A stretch of 64,000 nucleotides of DNA from contig PGXV01000009.1 in the NCBI GenBank assembly GCA_002839315.1, positions 130,202 to 194,201 on the forward strand, in the 5' to 3' direction. The position numbers and the translations under genes were made by a program. Of this stretch, positions 1-11,887 are shown piece by piece. The DNA comes from Spirochaetae bacterium HGW-Spirochaetae-3. GTDB taxonomy: Bacteria; Spirochaetota; Spirochaetia; Treponematales; UBA12059. A model generated the notes under the pieces. The model saw nothing but the letters and a program-made list of their open reading frames with translations, ran no database searches and had not been told where the DNA came from. Position 1 is the first letter of the stretch. The number at the start of each line of letters is the position of its first letter.

Positions 1-803
1 AGGACGGCCGTCTCGCGAGCCTCCCTCTCCGCCTTGTTGGACTCCGAGAGCATGAGGTTCTGCGCCTCGAGGGAGGATACCATTACGTTGAAGCGGCTCG
101 CGAGGCCTCCGATCTCGTCCTTGGATTCAACGGTAGCGCGAAGCGAGAGGTCCCCGGTATCGGCGATGCGCGAGATCGCGCCCGATAGCCGCTCGAGCGG
201 GCCTATGAGGCGCCGCAGGTACGCGGCCGTGAGGATAGCCGCGCACAATAGCGCGACGGCGAGCATGAGGACGTTCCCGCGAAGGATGCCGTCCACGTCC
301 GAGAAGAACCGGGCGCTAAGCTCCGAGATAGCGATGGTCCACCCGAAGGGCTCGAAGGAGAACGATATACCGACGCGGTCCTCTCCGAGCACCTCCCGGG
401 AGAACCATCCCGCGGGTAGGCTGACGCGCGTCTCCGTCGCCCCGTCCGCGAACGGCTCTTCCCTCGCGCCGCGCGCCTCGATCCGGTACGCCGGAACCCC
501 CGAGGCGTCGATGACGAGGACCTGCTCCGTATCGCTCCGCAGCAGCGAATACGCGTACGAGCGGAAGGATTCCTCCTGGGCCTCGCGGTAGGCTTCCTCT
601 CCGGCGAGGCCGAGGGAGTTTATGACCTCCCACTCGTTGTTTATATAGTCGCGGAGCTGCTCGGCCTTGTATGCAAGGTGCCTGTTGGCGAGGCGGGTCA
701 GGGCGACGCGCGACTCGAGGAACGTCGAGTATCCGCTGACGACGACCGCCGCGACGACGACGGGAAGAAGTGTGAGGTAGGTCCTAAGCCGTAGACTTTT
801 CAT
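1..803 (-). CDS. Membrane sensor protein with periplasmic domain and HAMP linker (partial; runs off window start)
   Basis: Not in the ORF track. Manual translation from ATG 803 gives MKSLRLRTYLTLLPVVVAAVVV (TM1) ... VLMLAVALLCAAILTAAYL (TM2) ... PLERLSGAISRIADTGDLSLRATVESKDEIGGLASRFNVM (HAMP). The output domain lies outside the window. Confidence 0.8.
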   Translation of the reverse strand, partial: MKSLRLRTYLTLLPVVVAAVVVSGYSTFLESRVALTRLANRHLAYKAEQLRDYINNEWEVINSLGLAGEEAYREAQEESFRSYAYSLLRSDTEQVLVIDASGVPAYRIEARGAREEPFADGATETRVSLPAGWFSREVLGEDRVGISFSFEPFGWTIAISELSARFFSDVDGILRGNVLMLAVALLCAAILTAAYLRRLIGPLERLSGAISRIADTGDLSLRATVESKDEIGGLASRFNVMVSSLEAQNLMLSESNKAEREARETAV

Positions 804-868
804 CGTGTTCCTAGTCTATACTACAAGACGTTCGTAACCAATATCCGGCAAGGAATGAGCGGAGACGC

Positions 869-1783
869 ATGGGGAAACCAAAAGTAGCGGGGCGCAGGCT
901 CTACGCTCCTCTTATCGCTATCAATATCGTGATCCTCGCCGGCGCGGCGCTGTTCCTCGCCTCGTCCGACATGTCCTATAAGAACCGTGTTAAGGCCGAG
1001 ACCCTCAGGGATAGCAAGTTCCTTACTACCGAGTGGCGCCTTATGAAGGAGCTCAAGGAGAGGACGGACCGCGAGTTGCTGGACAAGGATCGCGAGATCG
1101 CGGAGTTGCGATCGCGCTACCTAAGCCTGAAAGGTTCCGGATCGCCGACCGAGCTTATCGCCGCCATAGAGAAAGAGATGAGGAAGGCCGAGGACGAGCG
1201 CGAGGCCCTCCTTACGGCTCGTCTCGAGGCGACGGTCAACCCGCCATCCGCGACGTCGACTCCCGCCTCCCCCGCGCGACGGACGCCTCCCGCGGGTTCG
1301 GCGCTCCCCGCGGGCAAGGATACCGCCCTGAGCGCGTTGCTGAGGGAGCGGATAACGGGCCTCGAGGCGGCGCTACTGGCGAGTCGGGAGGGCGCGTCCG
1401 CAATAGAGGACGAGCTCGAGAGCCTCAGGCGGAGCGCGGCGTTCGCCGGCATCCCCGCTACGGCCCCCCCGCAGGCGGCCGTAGCCCCCGGGCCGATAGG
1501 CGACGAGGCGTTCACGCTCATACTCGACTCGCTCGCGCGGGAACGGGACGCCCTCGACGACCCTGACGCGGTGCTCGGCATCGCCGACCTCAAGACCCGC
1601 GCCCTCCTGCGAGCCATCGTCCGCACGCCCGCCATACGCGCCGAGTACCCCGAGCTCCTCGAGTCCCTCGACCGCTACCTGGCGCTCGCGGGCCGGGAGG
1701 AATACCTCCGCGGCAAGCGGGCGGCCTACGACGAGCTTATCGGGAACCTGGAGGCGCTCAAGGCAAAGGCGGAAGAGAAATAA
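869..1783 (+). CDS. Hypothetical membrane-anchored coiled-coil protein
   Basis: N-terminal TM helix, heptad-rich segments, Pro/Ala linker, GGAG RBS upstream. Confidence 0.7.
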   Translation: MGKPKVAGRRLYAPLIAINIVILAGAALFLASSDMSYKNRVKAETLRDSKFLTTEWRLMKELKERTDRELLDKDREIAELRSRYLSLKGSGSPTELIAAIEKEMRKAEDEREALLTARLEATVNPPSATSTPASPARRTPPAGSALPAGKDTALSALLRERITGLEAALLASREGASAIEDELESLRRSAAFAGIPATAPPQAAVAPGPIGDEAFTLILDSLARERDALDDPDAVLGIADLKTRALLRAIVRTPAIRAEYPELLESLDRYLALAGREEYLRGKRAAYDELIGNLEALKAKAEEK

Positions 1784-2399
1784 AGGCGGGAACTGACTCG
1801 TAGGACCCCGAGACGGCATAAAGCATATAGCTGTAGGTTGAAGCAGGAATTAAATCATTATCCGGGTTGCTGTATGCGGTCTCTGATGCATTCGGTTCTT
1901 TTGTAATCGTATACGCTTGTCCGTCTACGGAGCATTCGAGACGGTACTTGTCAATGATCGTCGTGTCAGCATAGGACCATTCGAGTTGCACTGTATTGCC
2001 GGAGCCCGTTCTTGTCCCGCTGGTAAAAATCGGCGCGGGCGGCAGTACCGTTACGTAGGCGATTGCGCTCGAACCGGCCGCATCGGTGACGGTGATTCGT
2101 ATCCGGCCTATTGCCCTCCCCGCGGTATAGGTTAATCCGGAGAAGGATCCCGTGTCTTGCGTATTGGTCCCCGAATACAGGTCGTAGCCCGCTTCCTCGA
2201 ACGTGTAGGGCGCCGTCCCGCCGCTCGGCGTCAACCCAACGGTGCCGATCAGCCTCTCGACCGTGGTCCTGTCGACCGCCAGTGTCAGCCTTTCGTCCGG
2301 TAGCGTAAACTGGTCGAGCAGCGAGAACGAGTCGCAGGCCGTCGACGCGAGCGCGCATAGAAGCACGAAGGGCGATAGCCACGATACGGTTCCTCTCAT
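1758..2399 (-). CDS. Putative lipoprotein with C-terminal fibronectin type III-like domain
   Basis: Signal peptide ending LASTAC; PSGGTAPYTF; VQLEW...Y...L.P...YSY.LYAV FN3-like pattern. Confidence 0.65.
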   Translation of the reverse strand: MRGTVSWLSPFVLLCALASTACDSFSLLDQFTLPDERLTLAVDRTTVERLIGTVGLTPSGGTAPYTFEEAGYDLYSGTNTQDTGSFSGLTYTAGRAIGRIRITVTDAAGSSAIAYVTVLPPAPIFTSGTRTGSGNTVQLEWSYADTTIIDKYRLECSVDGQAYTITKEPNASETAYSNPDNDLIPASTYSYMLYAVSGSYESVPAFISLPPLP

Positions 2400-2400
2400 G

Positions 2401-3432
2401 CTAGAATTCCTTGCATAGCGATACGGTCGGGGCTACGGCCATGATGACGACGCTTCCCTCGAAGATAGCGACGAAGCGAAGGTCTCCGCCGAGGAAGAAG
2501 TCCTTGCCCAGCGGGAAGCCAGCCTGCAGTCCTGCGTCGCCGTACGGGACCGTCTTGGTCATGAGCCCCGAGTCTCCGGCGACGGTTATGAATGCCGCGC
2601 CTCCCGAGGCGCAGAACGACAGGCGTTGCGACTGGGCCGCGCCGACCCCGAGTTGCAGGTCGAGGCCGAGGGTGCTCAGATAGATATCGCCGCCCTCGAC
2701 GCCCTCGTTCAGGAAGGCGCGGGTCGTCGTGGCGCGGGGGCCGGCCGAGAGGCTCCAGGATGGCTGTAGGTAGAGTATCCCCGCGTCGAGCGAGGCTCCG
2801 GCCCCGAAGCGGGCGTACGACGAGAAGTCCCCTACGAAGTACAAGCCGCCCCCGTAGGCGAGCGCCTCGACCCTGCGCGTCTTCCTCGTCCTCATGGTGT
2901 CGGCCACGGTGATAAGGTCCGACGAGAAGAGCCCGCCTATATTCGTAGCGGCGTCGCTTCCCGCGGGGCGGTCGAGGGCGGCGAGCTCGAGGAGGCGTAG
3001 CAGCGCGTCGGATAGCTCGGCGTCGAAAGCGAGTCCTAGACTGAGCACCGCGTCGACGGTGGCCAAGGCGGCTCCGTCGCCCTGGGCGGCTACGAGCGAG
3101 AGGCGCACGTCCGCCGAAGATCCGCGGACCGCGTACTTGGTAGTCAGGATATAGTCGGCTCGGGGCGACGACGTGGCGCTCGAGTAGCCCATATCCGCGA
3201 GGGCGACGCCGGCCGTCAGGTACAGCACCGACTCGAGCTCGGCGTCGGGCCGCTCCGACGAGAAGCGCTGCACTATAAGGTCGTCCGCGGCGGCGAGGCC
3301 GGGGAACGCGTACAGGCACGCCAGCGCGAGGACGAGGTGAATAGCGAATCGTCGGGGTAGCGGACCTTGTTCCGCCTCGGTGCGCCGTTGCATTGCGCGA
3401 TGATACTCTTTCGGGAAGCGCTTCCGTGTCAA
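2401..3432 (-). CDS. Hypothetical exported protein, C-terminus resembles an outer-membrane beta-barrel
   Basis: Signal-like hydrophobic stretch, alternating beta-strand pattern and terminal Phe. Abuts the next gene. Start uncertain (possibly ~3393). Confidence 0.55.
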   Translation of the reverse strand: MTRKRFPKEYHRAMQRRTEAEQGPLPRRFAIHLVLALACLYAFPGLAAADDLIVQRFSSERPDAELESVLYLTAGVALADMGYSSATSSPRADYILTTKYAVRGSSADVRLSLVAAQGDGAALATVDAVLSLGLAFDAELSDALLRLLELAALDRPAGSDAATNIGGLFSSDLITVADTMRTRKTRRVEALAYGGGLYFVGDFSSYARFGAGASLDAGILYLQPSWSLSAGPRATTTRAFLNEGVEGGDIYLSTLGLDLQLGVGAAQSQRLSFCASGGAAFITVAGDSGLMTKTVPYGDAGLQAGFPLGKDFFLGGDLRFVAIFEGSVVIMAVAPTVSLCKEF

Positions 3433-3458
3433 TGACGTGACGGAGCCCGAGCCTGAGG

Positions 3459-4619
3459 CTATTTTTTTCGCAGGAGCGCGGCGAAGGGATTGTAGGTGTC
3501 GCTTTCCGCCCCGCTTTCCAGGTACTTCTTCGCCGTTTCATCTTCCTCGAGCGAGGAGGCCTGCTTCAACGAAATCCTTTTTCCAGCGGCGTCGACGTTC
3601 AGGATCTGTACCGTGAGAAGCTGCCCGAGCTTTACGTTTACTCCCGAGTTACCGTACTTGCCCTCGCTCCGCATCGCCGAGACGTGGATAAGCCCGTCCA
3701 AGCCGCTTTCCAGCGAGACGAACGCGCCGAAATCGGTAACGCGGACTACCTTTCCGGTATGCTTCGATCCTTCGGGGTATTTCTCGAGCGCGTGATCCCA
3801 TGGATCCGCTTCCAGGTTCTTCGTGCTCAGCGAGATCCGCTCTTTTTCCCAGTCCATCTTGATTACGGTAGCTTCTATTTCCTGCCCGACCGTCAAGACC
3901 GCGTTGATATCCTCGACGCGGGCCCTGCTGATCTCTGAAATGGGAAGCAACGCCTGAATCCCCTCGATATCGACGAAGGCCCCGAATTCCTGAATCGACG
4001 ATATCGACCCTTTGACGAGCATGCCTTCGCTAAGCGTTTTCTTCAATGCTTCTATTTTTTCTTTGCGGGTTTCTTCGTGTATCGCCCGGTTGGACACTAG
4101 TATATCGCGGCCGTTTGCCTTGAATTCCTGTATTTTAAAGGCGAGGCGCTTCCCGACGTAGACTTCCGCGTTTTCGGTCCGCCTTTGCCCCATCTGGGAA
4201 AAGGGGCAGAACGCACGGATCTCGCCAATCTTCACTTCGTATCCGCCCTTGATTTCTTTTTCGACGACGCCTTCGACGGGGATTCCGTTCCTGTACGCGC
4301 TTTCGAGCATCGCCGGGTCCGCTTTGTCTCCGCTGAGCCTGGTGGTGAAATTCATCTCCCCGTTCTTTGAATTGAGGAAATAGACTTTAACCGTATCGCC
4401 TTCCCTGACGGAGAGCTTCCCGTCCTGGTCCGCGAGTTCCGCCCGTTCGAGCACGCCTTCGCTCTTGCCGCTCAACTGCAGGAAGATAGAGTCCTTTGAA
4501 ATGGAGACGATTTGCGTTTCCACCATTTGCCCGGGCCGCAAGCGTTCCATCCTGGTAAGGGTGCTTTCAAAAAGGGACGCGAAATCGCTAGTGGTTTTAT
4601 CGTTATCGTGTTGCTTCAT
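3459..4619 (-). CDS. rpsA: S1 RNA-binding domain protein (short ribosomal protein S1-like, 4 S1 repeats)
   Basis: Repeated S1 motifs: KSEG, AFCPFSQM, FGAFVDIEGIQALLPISEIS, FGAFVSLESGLDGLIHVS. Confidence 0.8.
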   Translation of the reverse strand: MKQHDNDKTTSDFASLFESTLTRMERLRPGQMVETQIVSISKDSIFLQLSGKSEGVLERAELADQDGKLSVREGDTVKVYFLNSKNGEMNFTTRLSGDKADPAMLESAYRNGIPVEGVVEKEIKGGYEVKIGEIRAFCPFSQMGQRRTENAEVYVGKRLAFKIQEFKANGRDILVSNRAIHEETRKEKIEALKKTLSEGMLVKGSISSIQEFGAFVDIEGIQALLPISEISRARVEDINAVLTVGQEIEATVIKMDWEKERISLSTKNLEADPWDHALEKYPEGSKHTGKVVRVTDFGAFVSLESGLDGLIHVSAMRSEGKYGNSGVNVKLGQLLTVQILNVDAAGKRISLKQASSLEEDETAKKYLESGAESDTYNPFAALLRKK

Positions 4620-4740
4620 GCGTTATCTCCCCGATAGCGAGCAGTATAGCAGGAAATCGCTTGCCGGATCAGGCCCCCGTGAGCGCTACGCGCCCGCGCC
4701 GCGGCCGATCAGTCGCATGGGCGTCATGGGCGGCGCAATA

Positions 4741-4771
4741 AACAAAAGCCGCGCCTCTTGCGAGGCGCGGC
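4741..4771 (-). terminator. Intrinsic terminator of groEL
   Basis: Minus strand reads GCCGCGCCTC-GCAA-GAGGCGCGGC followed by TTTTGTT. Confidence 0.8.
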
Positions 4772-4797
4772 CGCATTAGCGTATATCAGCGCTGGAT

Positions 4798-6636
<1,839 letters not shown>

Positions 6637-6707
6637 TCAACGCTAAAAAGACGAAATACGCCGTCGGCGGTATCCCGAACCGCGTCGGATCGCTATAATA
6701 GTAGCCT

Positions 6708-7421
6708 ATGAACGAAGAAATAACGGTTCTCCATGAAGATGATTCGCTGCTCGCCGTCAACAAACCGTCGGGTATCCTGTCCGCGCCGGATCGCTACGAA
6801 CCCGACGCGAGGGCGGTCTCGCGGGAGCTCGGGATGGAACGGGGCCGACTATGGCCGGTCCATCGCCTGGACGGGGATACGAGCGGCGTCCTCCTGTTCG
6901 CCCGCGACGAGGAGACGTACCGGGCGCTGTCCGTCCTCTTCGAGGAGCGCGAGGTCGAGTCGACGTACCATACGGTCGTAACCGGCCGGCCGTCGTGGAC
7001 CGAGACGGCGTGCGAATTCTCGCTGACCCAGGACGGGGACCGGATGCACCGGACCATCATCGACGGGGCCGGCAAGCCGTCCGTCACCGATTTTACCGTG
7101 CTCGGCTGCCACTCCAAGATGGCCATCGTCGAGGCGCGACCCAGGACGAACCGCGTCCATCAGGTACGCGTCCATCTGGCGGCTCTGGGCTATCCTGTCG
7201 CCTGCGACCCGCTCTACGGCGACGGCAAGCCCGTGTTCCTGTCGAAAATCAAGCGGCGATGGAAGGGCGACGACTCGAAGGAACGTCCGTTGATATCCCG
7301 AACCGCGATACACGCGTTTTCCATCAAGTTCGTCCATCCGTCGACCGGGACCCCGATTCTCATCGAGGCGCCGTATCCTAAGGACTTCAAGGCGCTCGTC
7401 GTGCAGTTGCGCAAGATGTAG
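6708..7421 (+). CDS. RluA-family pseudouridine synthase
   Basis: NKPSG, HRLDGDTSG (catalytic Asp), HQVRVH, DPLYG. Confidence 0.9.
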   Translation: MNEEITVLHEDDSLLAVNKPSGILSAPDRYEPDARAVSRELGMERGRLWPVHRLDGDTSGVLLFARDEETYRALSVLFEEREVESTYHTVVTGRPSWTETACEFSLTQDGDRMHRTIIDGAGKPSVTDFTVLGCHSKMAIVEARPRTNRVHQVRVHLAALGYPVACDPLYGDGKPVFLSKIKRRWKGDDSKERPLISRTAIHAFSIKFVHPSTGTPILIEAPYPKDFKALVVQLRKM

Positions 7422-7549
7422 GCTCGTCTCGCACGCTCGCCCGAGCGGCGTGCTTGTCCTTCGCGCGGCTTGTCTATATCCTAGACCGAGCCCCTGTAGC
7501 GGGCTCGGCGCGCTTTGCGCGCCTATCCAGCAATCCTTTCGGAAGTATC

Positions 7550-8248
7550 ATGAAGAAGACCGTACTTGTAGCCGCCGCCATCGCGGCGATTTCCTTCTCC
7601 ATCGTTTCATGCGGCGCCAAGGACGGCGCCAAGGACGCCGCGACCGGCTCAAAGGCGGACGTGTCCTACGCCTTCGGCGTCGCGATCGGTTCCAGCCTCA
7701 AGGATACCGGCGTAGAGATCGACTACGCCAAGTTCGTCGACGGCATGAAGGACGTCATCGAGAAGGACAAGCCCTCCATTACCATGGAAGACGCCCAGAT
7801 GACCATCCAGGCCGCCATCATGCAGGCCATGCAGGCCGTCGCCGCGAGGAACTCCGAGGCCGAGGCCGCGTTCCTCGCCGAGAACGGCAAGAAGGCCGGC
7901 GTTACCACGACCGCAAGCGGTCTGCAGTACGAGGTGATAAAGGACGGCACGGGTTCCAAGCCCACGCTGGCCGACACCGTTCGCGTTAATTACGTCGGTA
8001 CCTTCATCGACGGCAAGCAGTTCGACAGCTCCGCCGAATCGGAGGAGCCGGTCGTATTCCCCGTGGCGATGGTCATACCCGGCTGGGTCGAGGGAATACA
8101 GCTGATGCCCGTCGGCTCGAAGTACAAGTTCTATATACCGTCCATGCTGGCCTACGGCGAGCAGGGGTCGCAGGGCGGTATCGAGCCTAACAAGACGCTC
8201 ATATTCGAGGTCGAGCTGCTCGCTATCGAGCCCCCCGCGGCCGAATGA
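7550..8248 (+). CDS. FKBP-type peptidyl-prolyl isomerase (FkpA/Mip-like lipoprotein)
   Basis: Lipobox SIVSC; SYAFG; TASGLQY; VIPGWVEG; LIFEVELL. Start moved to MKKTV. Confidence 0.93.
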   Translation: MKKTVLVAAAIAAISFSIVSCGAKDGAKDAATGSKADVSYAFGVAIGSSLKDTGVEIDYAKFVDGMKDVIEKDKPSITMEDAQMTIQAAIMQAMQAVAARNSEAEAAFLAENGKKAGVTTTASGLQYEVIKDGTGSKPTLADTVRVNYVGTFIDGKQFDSSAESEEPVVFPVAMVIPGWVEGIQLMPVGSKYKFYIPSMLAYGEQGSQGGIEPNKTLIFEVELLAIEPPAAE

Positions 8249-8286
8249 CGGCGAGGCGACCCGCTGGAACCTTTCCTGGGGTCGCC

Positions 8287-9009
8287 TTACAGCCTGAATA
8301 TCTTCCGTAGATCGGCGCCGCGCAGGACCCTGCCGTGCAGGTAGAACAGGAAAATGGCTACCGGTACTAAGGCGAGCGCGGCTACGATCGACCAGTATGG
8401 TCGCACGCTGGTGCGTAGGCCTAGTCGAATTATGGCCTCGAGCGCGATCAGGTAGAAGGCCAGTCCGAGAGCGCCTATGCCGAGGGTGTTCAATCCCTTT
8501 ATCGACCTCGCCCGTATGACCGCGGCCGTCGCGAAGATGGCCGCGTAGCTCACCAGCGTTATCGGCGCGCCGAGCGTTAGCGACCAGCCGATACTCCCGT
8601 CCATCACGTCCAGGGCGAACAGGAACGCGACTCCGGCCGTACCGATCGCCGTCAACCACGCCTTGGGCCTGCCGTACAGCACGAGCGGCGCTATCGATGC
8701 GATCCACCCGAGCGCGATCGACGCGACCGCGTAGCGCGACCATCCCAGATGGGCGTCGGGTAACAGGTCGACGAGGAACAGCGCGGCGCTCGCCAGGCAG
8801 CCGGCCAGGGATAGGAGCTCGACGGCGATTCGCCTGCGTTCCGCCCGGGATAGCCGATAGGTATCCTCGGGGTCGATGATGTGCTGCGGGTATGGCCCGC
8901 TACCTCTCTTGGGCGTCGGCGCTTCGAGGCTCTGTATCGGGGCCGCGCACAGCGGGCAGGCCTCGACTCCTTCGTCCGCCTCGACGCCGCACCTACTACA
9001 ATACGGCAT
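8287..9009 (-). CDS. Zinc-ribbon membrane protein (DUF6320-like)
   Basis: N-terminal CxxC...CPLC followed by ~6 TM helices; overlaps the acyltransferase gene. Confidence 0.7.
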   Translation of the reverse strand: MPYCSRCGVEADEGVEACPLCAAPIQSLEAPTPKRGSGPYPQHIIDPEDTYRLSRAERRRIAVELLSLAGCLASAALFLVDLLPDAHLGWSRYAVASIALGWIASIAPLVLYGRPKAWLTAIGTAGVAFLFALDVMDGSIGWSLTLGAPITLVSYAAIFATAAVIRARSIKGLNTLGIGALGLAFYLIALEAIIRLGLRTSVRPYWSIVAALALVPVAIFLFYLHGRVLRGADLRKIFRL

Positions 9010-10381
9010 TCGTATGTTCCTTTCCGTGGCCGAGGGGCAGGTTCGACTCGACCTTGACCCGGAGCCCGTCCTTGACGAGGCGCGTGAAGAACGCGCGCTC
9101 CAGATCGTTTCGCTCTATGACGCTGCCGAAGCTGACGGACAGCGAGTCTCGATGGCTGAGTATGCCGGCTACGGTCTTGAGGCCCGGCGTCGACGGCAGG
9201 ATCACGTCGATGCGCTTCACCCTGTCCGCGAACGATTCGGGTAGCTTGGCCTGCCCGACGTTGGTCGACAGGCTCGTGTATAGGTTCTCTCCGTGCGTCT
9301 TGTAGACGGCGCGCATCATGGGATTCTTTATCGCCAACGGTATGATCCTGATAAAAGGGTTCTTGGTAGTCGTCACGTTCCGCGTGATGGTGCGCCGCAG
9401 TTCCTTGGGATCGAACGCCAGCGTCATCATCGCCTTCACGCGGGTCACGATCTCGCCGAATTCGTAATGACCGAGCCTCGTGTCCAGGTCCGGTAGCGCG
9501 TAGAGGCTGAAGTTGCGCAGCGTCCTCGACGGGAAGAAGTTGCGTAGGTTGGCGGGTACCTGCAATCGGAGTTTCTTCCGCTTCCGCCTGTCGGCGCACT
9601 GGGGGTCGGCGTCCTGGACGTCCTGGAGCGCCGCCAGGTACACCGACGACAGGTAGACGGTCAGCGTCGCGCCGTGCGTCTTGGCCTTCGCGAGCGCGGC
9701 GGACAGCGATAGCTCGCCGGTCGTAACGCGCATGGTATGGATCGGTAGAGCCATCCCGGGCAGGTGCCACGCCGATTTGCCCCTCGTCGGCTTGGGCGCC
9801 CCGGGCGTCGCGTAGCGCGAGAAGGCGTCCTCCCACTCGTAGTCCTCGGGCGCGCCGGCGGGATCGAGCACGCCGTCTCCGTAGGGCGTCGGGATGCCCT
9901 GTAGCCGATAGTATTCCGCCAGCAGCGTCCTGAAGAATATGAGGGCGCCGTACCCGTCCGTAAGGATGTGGCACATCTCGAGGGCGACGCGGTTCTCGTG
10001 CGTCCTGACTCGATACAGGTACACGCCGCGCCGTTTCGTCGACAGCTTCTGCATAGGGAATTTCGAGTCCTGGGCTATCCGCTGCGGCTGGTCGTTGCGC
10101 TCGAAGAAGAACCAGAAGAACCCTTTCCGCAGTTCCGTCTGAAAGTACGGGAAGCGCGGCCTGACGGTATCGAGGGCGGTCTGGAGTAGCTCGGTGTCTA
10201 CCGGTTCGTCGAGCGTCGCCTGTATTCTATAGTATGCGCTTACCCTGTCGGACAGGATTGGCGGATATATCAGGGCCGCGTGGTCGAGCGCGTACCAGGG
10301 ATGAGCGTCCGAGTGCGCACGCTCGTGCGAGTACGCACGCTCGTGCGTCGGTGGAGCTGAATTCGGCCTTTTCTTCGTCAT
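8996..10381 (-). CDS. Alcohol acetyltransferase / condensation-domain acyltransferase
   Basis: HxxxDG motif (CHILTDG), WYALDHAA, VPANLRNFFPSRTLRNFS. Confidence 0.8.
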   Translation of the reverse strand: MTKKRPNSAPPTHERAYSHERAHSDAHPWYALDHAALIYPPILSDRVSAYYRIQATLDEPVDTELLQTALDTVRPRFPYFQTELRKGFFWFFFERNDQPQRIAQDSKFPMQKLSTKRRGVYLYRVRTHENRVALEMCHILTDGYGALIFFRTLLAEYYRLQGIPTPYGDGVLDPAGAPEDYEWEDAFSRYATPGAPKPTRGKSAWHLPGMALPIHTMRVTTGELSLSAALAKAKTHGATLTVYLSSVYLAALQDVQDADPQCADRRKRKKLRLQVPANLRNFFPSRTLRNFSLYALPDLDTRLGHYEFGEIVTRVKAMMTLAFDPKELRRTITRNVTTTKNPFIRIIPLAIKNPMMRAVYKTHGENLYTSLSTNVGQAKLPESFADRVKRIDVILPSTPGLKTVAGILSHRDSLSVSFGSVIERNDLERAFFTRLVKDGLRVKVESNLPLGHGKEHTNAVL

Positions 10382-10474
10382 CAGAGTCGAGTGTAGCGAT
10401 AAATCGACTCTTTGGACATGGCATGAGCCCCCCAACTATGCAAACCGGGCGATAAACGTCACAATGGTATACAC

Positions 10475-11302
10475 ATGATAGACTTGCATACGCATTCTAC
10501 GGCCAGCGACGGGGCGCTATCTCCCTCTGCCCTCGTCGAGAAGGCCGTTTCGAGCGGGCTTACAGCCCTGGCGCTGACGGACCACGACTCGCTCGACGGA
10601 CTGGTCGAGGCCGGGGGCGCCGCGAGTCGCGCGGGGATACGCTTCGTTCCGGGCATCGAGATAGAGATTGCCTTCGAGCCTGGCGAGTTCCACCTGCTCG
10701 GGCTCGACCTCGTGGATATCAAGGATCCGCTTCGCGCGGCCGCGACCCGCCTCGCCGCCTCCCGCGAGGATCGCAACCGCGCCGTCGTCGACCTGCTACG
10801 CGCCGACGACGTCGATATCGACTACGGGGAACTACGGGCCCTGGCCGGGACCGGGATGATAGGTCGGCCCCATATCGCCGAGCTCCTGGTCTCCAAGCGG
10901 GTCGTCAGGACCAAGCAGGCCGCGTTCGACAAGTACCTGGCCAAGGGGCGACCGTATTACGTGCGCAAGGCGTGCATCGAGCTGCCCGAGGCGATACGCG
11001 TAGTGCGCGACTCGGGCGGCCTCGCCTTCGTGGCCCACCCGATGTCGCTGTTCGCCAGCTGGAAGCGGCTCCGTTCGCTTTTCGAGGAATGGAAAGAACT
11101 GGGCATAGACGGAATAGAGGCCTGGCATCCGACGGCGCGGCTCGTCGATTGTACGCGGCTTGACGCGATGGCCCGCGAATTCGGGTTTCGCGTCAGCGCG
11201 GGTAGCGACTACCACGGCGCCGTGCGTCCGGACCGTCGCCTCGGGCATACCGCCGGCAATCGCCCGATAGGCGAGGAATTCCTGGCTTGCCTGGACCGGT
11301 AA
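10475..11302 (+). CDS. PHP-domain phosphoesterase (TrpH/YciV-like)
   Basis: DLHTHSTASDG, LTDHD, GRPHIA, AHP, GSDYHG. Confidence 0.93.
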   Translation: MIDLHTHSTASDGALSPSALVEKAVSSGLTALALTDHDSLDGLVEAGGAASRAGIRFVPGIEIEIAFEPGEFHLLGLDLVDIKDPLRAAATRLAASREDRNRAVVDLLRADDVDIDYGELRALAGTGMIGRPHIAELLVSKRVVRTKQAAFDKYLAKGRPYYVRKACIELPEAIRVVRDSGGLAFVAHPMSLFASWKRLRSLFEEWKELGIDGIEAWHPTARLVDCTRLDAMAREFGFRVSAGSDYHGAVRPDRRLGHTAGNRPIGEEFLACLDR

Positions 11303-11310
11303 GTCCCGTG

Positions 11311-11393
11311 AGTAATCTGTGATCTGTGATCTGTGATCTGTGATCAAGATAGCGTATCTTCCACTGATTACTGATTACTGATTACTGATTACT
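11311..11393. repeat. Two opposed heptamer tandem arrays around a short palindrome
   Basis: (CTGTGAT)x4, then AAGATA-GCG-TATCTT, then (ACTGATT)x4; lies between convergent genes. Confidence 0.85.
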
Positions 11394-11406
11394 TCTCCTT
11401 TCGCGC

Positions 11407-11832
11407 TTACCCCCGCCTGCAGCCTGAGCAGCCCAGTACGTGGACGTGGCGATGGCCGGGTTTCTCGAAGTAGCGCGCAAGGAGGTAGCCGTCGCGCGGT
11501 ACGATCTTCTCGCAGACGGGGCAGACCCTGCGGTACTCGGTGTTCTCAGGCCAGCAGTATGGGCAACCGTAGATCTGCATGACCTTGTCGGGTCCGGAAC
11601 TCTTGAAAACTTTCGACTTGACGAGGGCGCCGGGGCCCAGTTTCTCTCCGCAGACGGGGCAGCTCCTGACGCCGACGCCCTTCTCCCGCATCTCGCCCCG
11701 CCCGTCCGGGACGAAGCGCGGGCTGGTCCTCTCCTTGCGCTCCGCGTACGGGCGGTAGAGGAGGGCCCAGAACAGCCAGAGGAGCACGGCGCCGATGGAG
11801 GCGAGTATCGTCGCGAAGATGAGATCGTCCAT
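11407..11832 (-). CDS. Membrane-anchored multi-CxxC (zinc-binding) hypothetical protein
   Basis: TM helix then CPVC, CPYC, CPVC, CSGC. Start at MDDLIF. Confidence 0.75.
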   Translation of the reverse strand: MDDLIFATILASIGAVLLWLFWALLYRPYAERKERTSPRFVPDGRGEMREKGVGVRSCPVCGEKLGPGALVKSKVFKSSGPDKVMQIYGCPYCWPENTEYRRVCPVCEKIVPRDGYLLARYFEKPGHRHVHVLGCSGCRRG

Positions 11833-11887
11833 CTGCGCAGTATAGCACGACGTTGACGATCGCGGTCGCTCCGGCCATACTAGGGGA

